This document shows, one piece after another, positions 39,455-47,224 of a stretch of 64,000 nt of DNA. This DNA comes from an uncultured Gammaproteobacteria bacterium (lineage in GTDB: Bacteria > Patescibacteriota > Microgenomatia > UBA8517), in NCBI GenBank assembly GCA_964427735.1, contig CAYRUS010000001.1, positions 453,790 through 517,789 of the forward strand, written 5' to 3'. Position 1 is the first letter of the stretch. Each line of letters opens with the position of its first letter. Both the position numbers and the translations under genes were made by a program. The notes beneath the pieces were generated by a model. It saw nothing but the letters and a program-made list of their open reading frames with translations. It ran no database searches and was not told the origin of the DNA.

Positions 39455-39500
39455 AAGGGTCTTTGGCAAATTTTACCCTTCAAAAGTCTTTCTTTACTTT
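39455..39500 (+). terminator. Possible weak intrinsic terminator after rpsT (AAGGGT/ACCCTT stem, 14-nt loop, then a U-rich tract)
   Basis: Stem at 39455-39460 / 39475-39480, followed by caaaagtctttctttacttt. Confidence 0.25.
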
Positions 39501-39562
39501 AGCTGTCTGTGATATATTTAGTAAAGAAATCAACAAGCTATTATGCTTGTTTTTAAATAAAG

Positions 39563-40120
39563 ATGGCTGCCCAAAAATCAAAACAAATCAACTTACTTCC
39601 CAAGAGTAGCTTTGACGATTCCCCTTTTGGTAGAGTTTTAGTTTGGCTCACTACAACCTTCAGAGTAATGGTCATTATAACCGAGCTAATTGTACTAGCT
39701 GCGTTTCTATCTCGTTTTTGGCTTGATGCAAGAAATTCTGATCTAAATACTGAAATCAAACAAAAACAGGCACAAATACTTGCTTCTGCAAATTTTGAAA
39801 ATGAATTCAGACAAACCCAAAAAAAATTAGATATTTATTCTCAATTAATCAAAAACGAAGGTCTATTACAAGAAACAATAACAGCAATCCAAAATTCTCT
39901 GGTACCAGAGACATACTTAACACGAATTGCTTTTAGTGAAAATAACACATTAACAATAGAAGGAATTTCTGCTACCGAGTTGGGAATTGCTCAATTTGCT
40001 ACTAACCTTAAAGCAAAAAGTGGTATAAAAAACGCATATATTAAAGAGGCTAATTCAAATAGCGATAGTGGATTATCAACAGAATTTGTACTGGAAGCCC
40101 TACTAGAGAAAGAAAATTAG
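39563..40120 (+). CDS. pilN: PilN-like type IV pilus alignment protein
   Basis: Diagnostic N-terminal INLLP motif (KQINLLPKSSF), a single TM helix, and a coiled-coil plus periplasmic-type domain. 185 aa. Confidence 0.7.
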   Translation: MAAQKSKQINLLPKSSFDDSPFGRVLVWLTTTFRVMVIITELIVLAAFLSRFWLDARNSDLNTEIKQKQAQILASANFENEFRQTQKKLDIYSQLIKNEGLLQETITAIQNSLVPETYLTRIAFSENNTLTIEGISATELGIAQFATNLKAKSGIKNAYIKEANSNSDSGLSTEFVLEALLEKEN

Positions 40121-40124
40121 CATC

Positions 40125-40817
40125 ATGCAAGTAAGCTGGAAAAAAGACTACAATCGATATAGAAATTATTTTCTTGACGTTTATACGAAATACAGAAAGA
40201 AAAAAGATATTATGATCTTTTTGGAAATTCTGTTATCTTTGTTTACAGTCTCTATTTTGGCAATGTTTGCCTTAAAACCGACTGTTATTACTATTATTGA
40301 ACTAGTAAAGGAAATTCGAACAAAAGAAGAGCTTGTAGAAAAAATGGATCTTAAAATCAGAAATTTATCCACAGCCCAGTCACTTTACTCAAGAGAGTCT
40401 CGAAGAATCGACCTATTAAATCAATCTCTCCCTAACCAACCCAATGCAGATACTTTTCAAAAACAGTTAAGCGCGGTTTTTGCAAGAAACTCTGTTACTT
40501 TATCGACCACAACATGGGATCAATTTAACCTTCTTGGAAACAGAGTAAACACAAACACTCAAAATAATACAATTGATGAAACAGCAACTGCAATCACTTT
40601 AACAGTAACCGGCCAAGGGGACTACTCATCCGTTAGGAATCTTATGTCAGATCTTGAAAAGCTTAGACGACCAGTAATTATAGACACACTAGTAACCACT
40701 CCCGAAACAAGCGAAGAAAGCCAAACTATACTTGTTAATATCGGTGGAAAAGTACTTTATATTGACCCTCAAAAGGATATTCAAAACCCTGTTCAGACGG
40801 AAGAGACAGAATTATGA
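40125..40817 (+). CDS. PilO-like protein (TM helix, coiled coil, C-terminal domain)
   Basis: Its position after pilN, its size and its topology fit PilO. Direct sequence similarity is weak. Confidence 0.5.
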   Translation: MQVSWKKDYNRYRNYFLDVYTKYRKKKDIMIFLEILLSLFTVSILAMFALKPTVITIIELVKEIRTKEELVEKMDLKIRNLSTAQSLYSRESRRIDLLNQSLPNQPNADTFQKQLSAVFARNSVTLSTTTWDQFNLLGNRVNTNTQNNTIDETATAITLTVTGQGDYSSVRNLMSDLEKLRRPVIIDTLVTTPETSEESQTILVNIGGKVLYIDPQKDIQNPVQTEETEL

Positions 40818-41203
40818 AAAAAGACGCACCAAATATTGTAACTATCGCCATCATGTCTTTAATTACAGTGTTTTTATGGGTTGGATTTAGTATTTATAGA
40901 ACAATAACAAAGGAGGCTGCTCCTATTGTTGAAGAAACAGTGTTAAGAGACATTGATCCAAATCTTAACATTCAAGTACTATCCCAGATGGAGCAGAGGC
41001 TTCACATTGAAGAACCAGAGTTGTCAAACTTAGTTCAAAGTATTGAGTCACAATTACCTATAGACACCCAAATAGATGGAGAGACCCAAGATAGTACTCC
41101 ATCAGCAGAATTAAACCAAACTCCAGAATCAACAGTTGATGATGATAACGAAGATGAAATAATAGATGAAGAACAAGACCTACTTGAGGAAGAAAATGAA
41201 TAA
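40814..41203 (+). CDS. Small single-pass membrane protein with a strongly acidic C-terminal tail
   Basis: TM helix IVTIAIMSLITVFLWVGF, ending DDDNEDEIIDEEQDLLEEENE. Confidence 0.45.
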   Translation: MKKDAPNIVTIAIMSLITVFLWVGFSIYRTITKEAAPIVEETVLRDIDPNLNIQVLSQMEQRLHIEEPELSNLVQSIESQLPIDTQIDGETQDSTPSAELNQTPESTVDDDNEDEIIDEEQDLLEEENE

Positions 41204-42611
41204 CACCCAAGAAAACCCACCATCACCAAAAGAGGAGAAGGTTAATATACTTAACTCTGATATACCTACTCCCAAGCCACTAATGTTAAAAAGGCAAAAG
41301 ATGCCTACGGTATTTGGTGTTGCTGTATTGTTAATAGGTCTCGTCACAGGAATTGTGCTAGTACAAAGAGAACAGAACCTTGGCACAGAGGCAACAGATG
41401 AAGGTCAACCAGCTGATGTCAGAGTGACAAATATAACTGACTCATCATTTACAGTAAACTGGACTACCCAAACAGAAACACCAGAGTATGTTCTTTGGGG
41501 TAAAGACAACGATTTAACCAGCACAGGAAGCGACAACATAACTTCCAACGGAACTGTACACTCTGCAAACATCACAGGGTTATCCGCACAAACCACATAT
41601 AGTTTTAAAATTGGATCAGGAGATAAAGTTTTTGACAACAATGGACAACCCTGGGAAGTTACAACAGGACCTGTACTGCAAAACTCTTCAGTCGTATCAC
41701 CTATTTCTGGAACAATTACCTTGGCAAATGGACAACCGGCAAGTAATGCAATTGTTTACATAAATATAGGTGGTGCTTCACCAGTGTCCACAATTACTAC
41801 AAGTAATGGTAATTGGATATTGCCATTAACCACAATTCGATCTAGAGATTTAAATTCATACTTGTCCATTGATGATCAAAATACTGTTATGGAAATATTC
41901 GTTCAAGCAGGTCGACATGGTATCGCTACAGCAACAAGTTACCCATGGACATCAAGACCTTTACCAACCTTATCATTAGGAAGCAATGAAGATTTTAGAA
42001 ATTCCAGTAATACTGACTCCTCAACTCCATCATCTGAAATTAATTTACCTGAAGAAACAAACACAAATTCAAGATTTAATCTAGAAAGTACAAACTCAAA
42101 TGAAGATAACACTGTAACATTAGAAAGCATTGATGAAGGTGAAGTCTTTTCCACAACACAACCTCAATTTTTTGGAGAAGGATCCCCAGGTACCACACTC
42201 ACTATTACAGTCGAATCCACACCTATGACTGACAACATATCCGTGGGAACAAACGGAACTTGGAATTGGTCATTACCAAACCAACTAGAAGAAGGCAGTC
42301 ACAAGGTAATAATTTCTTGGAGAGATGGAAGCGGCATATTAAGAACAATTACCAGATCATTCACAGTTGAGGTTTCTGGAAGCACAGCTTTATTAGCAGC
42401 GACACCAACCCCAACAATAAAACCCACTTCAACACCTAAGCCTACCCCCACACTGACCTCCACACCAAAACCCACTCCTGATGTCCTTGCATCTTCATCA
42501 CCATTACCCGATGCAGGAATTTCAGTATATACTTTAAATCTTGCCTTAACTGGTTTAGTATTGTTATTGATGAGTAGCTTTGCTATTGTAGTTATAAGGA
42601 ATAAAAAATAA
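41166..42611 (+). CDS. Surface protein: N-terminal signal-anchor, a fibronectin type III domain, Ig-like region, Pro/Thr linker, and a C-terminal sortase sorting signal (LPDAG, hydrophobic stretch, then RNKK)
   Basis: FN3 pattern DVRVTNITDSSFTVNWTT...YSFKI. C-terminus LPDAGISVYTLNLALTGLVLLLMSSFAIVVIRNKK. Confidence 0.7.
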   Translation: MKNKTYLRKKMNNTQENPPSPKEEKVNILNSDIPTPKPLMLKRQKMPTVFGVAVLLIGLVTGIVLVQREQNLGTEATDEGQPADVRVTNITDSSFTVNWTTQTETPEYVLWGKDNDLTSTGSDNITSNGTVHSANITGLSAQTTYSFKIGSGDKVFDNNGQPWEVTTGPVLQNSSVVSPISGTITLANGQPASNAIVYINIGGASPVSTITTSNGNWILPLTTIRSRDLNSYLSIDDQNTVMEIFVQAGRHGIATATSYPWTSRPLPTLSLGSNEDFRNSSNTDSSTPSSEINLPEETNTNSRFNLESTNSNEDNTVTLESIDEGEVFSTTQPQFFGEGSPGTTLTITVESTPMTDNISVGTNGTWNWSLPNQLEEGSHKVIISWRDGSGILRTITRSFTVEVSGSTALLAATPTPTIKPTSTPKPTPTLTSTPKPTPDVLASSSPLPDAGISVYTLNLALTGLVLLLMSSFAIVVIRNKK

Positions 42612-42613
42612 CC

Positions 42614-43957
42614 ATGCCCAATCAAGATGACAATCAAAATCCACCTGTTTCTGATGAAATGAAACCGCCTGTTCCTCCAATCGTTGACGAGGAAAAAAAC
42701 ACTAATACTCCTAATACATCAAAACCTGAAAGTAGTACAAAAGATAATGCTCCACCACCACCTCCAGTATTTTCGGTAGGAAACCAGCCATTAGATAGCA
42801 ATACATCTGATATTCCCAACCCCCCACCTGCTGCCTCTGATGTGGTAGGAACTCCCAGCTCTGGTTCCCCAACAAAGAACTTTTTTACAAAAAAAGTTGT
42901 AGCAACATTCTTGGGAATACTCTTATTGGTAGGGGGAGTAATATCCGGGATAATCTTAGTACAAAGACAACAGGACATTAGAAAACAAGCCGGATCAATT
43001 GGAGGCTTAGCCTGTACTTCTCCTAAAGGCATCATTGTCACAAGCAAATCTCAACCTGGCTTACCAGGTGACCTTGGTTATAAGCCAATACCTCAAACAT
43101 ATAATGTTGGTGAAACTGTAAATTTTCAGGTACAAGTCAAAAATGAATCAAATAATCGTGTTTCAGATCATTATCATTTTTTTGCTCAAAAAGTGGTTGA
43201 AGCACCTCGAGGGCAAACTCCAAATCCTAACCTAACAGAACCTGAAATGTATAGTATCCACAATGATCCAAGCAGGGGAACATCTCAAGTCACCAAATTC
43301 AACAGTGGCAATCAACCATTTACTCTTGAACCAGGGGCAACTCAATACCTTAAGTATTCGTGGAAACCAACTGAATGCGGTTTTTATCAGATCGATATGG
43401 GTATTGAGGACTTTTTCTATGTAAACCGCGATAATTCTAGCCAAACCTGTCAAATTACTCAAACACCAGACCGAGATGCAGTAGCTGCCGCCGGATTTAT
43501 AAAAGTAGTTGGTTGTGATGTTAATCCAACAGCTACACCAACAATAAGACCGACCTCTACACCACAACCAACGCCTACACCAACAACAAGACCAGGCGTG
43601 ACGCCAACACCTACAGCCACACCAGCAAAAACCACACCACCATCTGCACCACAAGGCGGAGCATGTTTTAATATTAGAACTTATGACCTAGAAGATAATG
43701 AACTAAGTATCCAAGATCTTTCAAACTTACAGCCAGGAGATCGTATAAAATTTGTTGTAGCAGGAGTAGCAACGCCTAATGGAACTTATGATCGTGCAAG
43801 ATTTAGAGTAACCACAGGTGATATTATTCCAAGCTGGAATGAAGTAACAACTTCAGATGAAGATTCGACATTTTATTACATATATACAATTCCTGATGAT
43901 GCTGAAACTTTCAAAGTAGAAGCACAAATTCACCACAGTGTTAGTGGTTGGTTATAA
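42614..43957 (+). CDS. Secreted or surface protein with a Pro-rich N-terminus, signal-anchor and Pro/Thr linker
   Basis: Its anchor ...GGVISGIILVQRQQ resembles the anchor of the preceding protein. No C-terminal sorting signal. Confidence 0.55.
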   Translation: MPNQDDNQNPPVSDEMKPPVPPIVDEEKNTNTPNTSKPESSTKDNAPPPPPVFSVGNQPLDSNTSDIPNPPPAASDVVGTPSSGSPTKNFFTKKVVATFLGILLLVGGVISGIILVQRQQDIRKQAGSIGGLACTSPKGIIVTSKSQPGLPGDLGYKPIPQTYNVGETVNFQVQVKNESNNRVSDHYHFFAQKVVEAPRGQTPNPNLTEPEMYSIHNDPSRGTSQVTKFNSGNQPFTLEPGATQYLKYSWKPTECGFYQIDMGIEDFFYVNRDNSSQTCQITQTPDRDAVAAAGFIKVVGCDVNPTATPTIRPTSTPQPTPTPTTRPGVTPTPTATPAKTTPPSAPQGGACFNIRTYDLEDNELSIQDLSNLQPGDRIKFVVAGVATPNGTYDRARFRVTTGDIIPSWNEVTTSDEDSTFYYIYTIPDDAETFKVEAQIHHSVSGWL

Positions 43958-44661
43958 AAACTATGAAAATGAATATTAAAACAATAATAATTGGACTTTC
44001 GACCGTAGTCCTTGGTGGAGTAGCAATCTTTACTGCTGTTAGACTATATCAGCTAAGAAGTGAACCCATCGCTCCCAACGCCCCGCAAAGTCAGCCACTG
44101 GCACAGCAAGGAGGTCTTTGTGGAGGAATAACTCAAATATCATGTGCAAGTGGTTTTACCTGTATCTATGAAAACGGTAGCACTATTGCTCCTCATCCTG
44201 ATGCTACCGGAACTTGTCAACCTCAAAACCAAGGGGCAAATGAAGGAGAAATGTGTGGAGGCATTGCAGGAATTGACTGTGCAAAAGGTCTCGTTTGTGA
44301 TTATGGCTCAGGTAACCTATCAGCACCCAACCCTGATGCTACTGGGGTATGTGTATCTGAAACAAACAAATCTGCCTGTGAGGCAATTACTTTTACTATC
44401 ACCAAAGCTACTCCTACACCCACAGCAACTGCTAATGTAACTAGCACGCCAACGCCTACACCTACAGATACCCCTGCTGGTGAGGATCCAACACCTACAG
44501 CAGCATCAACATTGAAACCAACATCTACACCAAGTCAGCCATTGGCTGAAACTCCAACTCCAGCTCCTAGCCTGCCAACAGCTGGTGTAGGATCACCTAC
44601 AATTATCGGACTAGGCGCTGGAATGTTAATCTTGCTCTTCTCACTTATTCTTGCATTGTAA
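43948..44661 (+). CDS. Surface protein with two Cys-rich ~40-aa repeats, a Pro/Thr linker and a C-terminal LPTAG sorting signal
   Basis: Repeats CGGITQISCASGFTCIYENGSTIAPHPDATGTC and CGGIAGIDCAKGLVCDYGSGNLSAPNPDATGVC. C-terminus SLPTAGVGSPTIIGLGAGMLILLFSLILAL. Confidence 0.65.
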   Translation: MVIKTMKMNIKTIIIGLSTVVLGGVAIFTAVRLYQLRSEPIAPNAPQSQPLAQQGGLCGGITQISCASGFTCIYENGSTIAPHPDATGTCQPQNQGANEGEMCGGIAGIDCAKGLVCDYGSGNLSAPNPDATGVCVSETNKSACEAITFTITKATPTPTATANVTSTPTPTPTDTPAGEDPTPTAASTLKPTSTPSQPLAETPTPAPSLPTAGVGSPTIIGLGAGMLILLFSLILAL

Positions 44662-44847
44662 TTCTCAAAAAAAGCATTAATCAATATTAACATTAGGGGA
44701 TAAAGTGTTATATACTTTAAGGATGTGGTTTGTTTATACAATTGTTCATACATTTTTATTGGCTTTAGTAAACTACTCCGACGAATGGCTAGCAATCAAT
44801 AACAAACTCCCACAAAATCCAATATACACACCAAAGTAGGAAGCGTT

Positions 44848-45618
44848 TTGTTAATTTCTACTCTAATGAGCTTTCTTGGAGCTTTGTTTCTTTGGGTAAT
44901 AACAAAGGATATATCCCTACCCTCTGAATCCCGGACGATAGCAATTATCTCATCTATTCCTATGGTGGCTATGTACGCATCATATTTTTATCTGTTACAA
45001 ACATATCCTGTTCACCAAGTTGCTCCACTTTTTCAAATCAGCACTATATGGCTATTATTGTTTGAGTTACTGTCTGGAAACAGTATTACATTAATTAGCT
45101 TATTAGGAATTACAATTTTAATGTACGGAGCCTATGTATTAGACGCTGGAACATTTAAATGGAAAATACCTACCCAACTGTTATTCATAGCCATACCAGC
45201 AACTTCAACTTGGTCAATATCTTTATATCTATCCCGTCTTGCTTCGCAAACCAGCTCTCCTGTACTTGTTGCTTTTTGGCAACTGTTGGCAATTGGGCTT
45301 GTAGGAGTAGTCTTATTTATTTTTGTCAAAAGGTACAGAGAAGGATTCTTGTACAGAATTAAAAATCAAGGAAAAGCATTTTTAGGCTTAAGTATGATAA
45401 ATGAAACTTTAGCTGAGGTCGGATATGTCTTCAGCAACTTGGCAGTTGCTACTGCTCCTATTGCAACTTTTGTATCAGCATTGAGTGGAGTTCAAAGTAT
45501 ATTTGTCTTGTTGTTATTCTTTTTGTTCCCTATGGGAAAAAGAGCAAAAGTAACAAAAATTCAATGGACGGCAGTCATCTTAATAACAATTGGCGTTTTC
45601 ATTATTGAACAACAATAG
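44848..45618 (+). CDS. Polytopic membrane protein (DMT/EamA-like)
   Basis: 256 aa with about eight TM helices. Confidence 0.5.
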   Translation: MLISTLMSFLGALFLWVITKDISLPSESRTIAIISSIPMVAMYASYFYLLQTYPVHQVAPLFQISTIWLLLFELLSGNSITLISLLGITILMYGAYVLDAGTFKWKIPTQLLFIAIPATSTWSISLYLSRLASQTSSPVLVAFWQLLAIGLVGVVLFIFVKRYREGFLYRIKNQGKAFLGLSMINETLAEVGYVFSNLAVATAPIATFVSALSGVQSIFVLLLFFLFPMGKRAKVTKIQWTAVILITIGVFIIEQQ

Positions 45619-45674
45619 TTATATGATACAAAAATACACACTATCTTGGTTGTAGAGTATGTTACAAAATAACC

Positions 45675-47117
45675 TTATAACTGTTTCTTGCTTTTATTTT
45701 CTATCAGTTTAAATCTAATAATAGCCTCTAGTAATTTACGATAATCTTCGTCGGATAGTCCTTCATCATGATATAACCGTAAATTGCGGCTAATATGTGA
45801 CTCGAGTAACGTAATAATATTGGTAAGATCTCCGGTGAATGAGGTTAGTCTAGATAGATCATCTAAACTTAACGAAAAATCTATGTTAAAGTACAACACC
45901 ACTTCAGGCTGGTTATAAATATCAATACCTTCTTTAAGCAATTTTCTAGCTGCCCAAGACCAGCTTTGCCAAATCTCTAAATTACTCATGTTTATTGCTC
46001 TCTGATTGTTTTGATTCTCTTTCCCAACCATTTGTTGGTCCAACCACTCTTCTTGAATTTGACGGGCTTTGGGTAAGTTGTCAGTTTTAACGCAATGATA
46101 AATAATGCCAGAAAAGGCATGATAAAAACTGGGCTCGGGTAAATAATGAATTTCTTCACAAGCTCTGTCAAAATCGCCAATTTCCAATAATAAATCAATG
46201 AAAATTTCATTGATTAGCCTATTTCTATGGAAATTGACTTCGCGATCAATTTTATTAGTTAATGATACTTTCCTTCCATGAGACACATCGCTTCGCAGAT
46301 AATACCGAATGAGCCTATATACTGAAAACTCATCAACATTATTCATATCGATAGTTTCGACAGTTCTAAGAAGGTAGTTATGATGTGGTTCAACAAGATC
46401 AGCATGTCCTAATTTTCTAGCTATGCTACAAACATTGCTTAAATCGTCATAATAGCCACTTAACTTATATGTATCTTCATCTCGTTCTGTATCCCCGAAC
46501 TTTTGGTTAGAGGATTTTCTAGCAGGTAGAAGGTCTGACAATAATGTAACTGGCAATTCGGGGACATTTTGTAAAGCTTTTTCTAAACGCTTTCTTGTGT
46601 CTTCTGGTTTTATACAATTGACAAATTCCGCCATCTTTGATGCATATGCCGTTTCAGCCAATTGATATATAGATGCTTCCCAACGTTCTACAATTTTATC
46701 TTTTTCAATAGAAGGATGTTGTGTATCATACCACCAACGATAAATGTCAATCCATACTGGATCGGGATCTAATGCTAACAATCGCTCCTGACTCTTAATC
46801 ACATCTTGATACCAAACTAAATCTGTTTCTATGGCAAACTTGCTAATTATATATTCATTGAAAAAAGACCACCACATACTGGTTCGTACTACATTTGCTA
46901 GCTGCTCGATTTTATCTTCCGGATTGAGGGCATTCTCTTCTTTGGTATATCTATCGGGTATTCCTATTAGTACTTCTGTCGGCATCCATCCAGATTCTAA
47001 CAATGGTAATGCATTAATCCAACTACCCCATTCTACATCAGTAGCGACTCCTGGTTTAGACAGACTAAGCCACTTGTCCAAAAGTTCTGCTGTGTTCATT
47101 TCAAGTTCTGGATACAT
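45675..47117 (-). CDS. Hypothetical cytoplasmic Trp-rich helical protein
   Basis: 480-aa ORF with no motif I recognise. Confidence 0.5.
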   Translation of the reverse strand: MYPELEMNTAELLDKWLSLSKPGVATDVEWGSWINALPLLESGWMPTEVLIGIPDRYTKEENALNPEDKIEQLANVVRTSMWWSFFNEYIISKFAIETDLVWYQDVIKSQERLLALDPDPVWIDIYRWWYDTQHPSIEKDKIVERWEASIYQLAETAYASKMAEFVNCIKPEDTRKRLEKALQNVPELPVTLLSDLLPARKSSNQKFGDTERDEDTYKLSGYYDDLSNVCSIARKLGHADLVEPHHNYLLRTVETIDMNNVDEFSVYRLIRYYLRSDVSHGRKVSLTNKIDREVNFHRNRLINEIFIDLLLEIGDFDRACEEIHYLPEPSFYHAFSGIIYHCVKTDNLPKARQIQEEWLDQQMVGKENQNNQRAINMSNLEIWQSWSWAARKLLKEGIDIYNQPEVVLYFNIDFSLSLDDLSRLTSFTGDLTNIITLLESHISRNLRLYHDEGLSDEDYRKLLEAIIRFKLIENKSKKQL

Positions 47118-47224
47118 AAATACTATAATATAAACCTTTCTAGATGGAAGAAATTATATCACGAAGGAAATATATCATAGACTTCGGTCAAATAAAGTGG
47201 GGAGCCTTAACAACCATAGAATCA

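Noticed and set aside
43232-43654. 140-aa minus-strand ORF rich in W/C/R
   Set aside because: It is antisense to the Pro/Thr-linker region of a surface-protein gene, an artefact of the ACNCCN repeat composition.
42400-44560. Nucleotide-level short tandem repeats (ACNCCNAC...)
   Set aside because: They encode Pro/Thr-rich linkers of surface proteins. They are low-complexity coding sequence, not CRISPR or satellite repeats.
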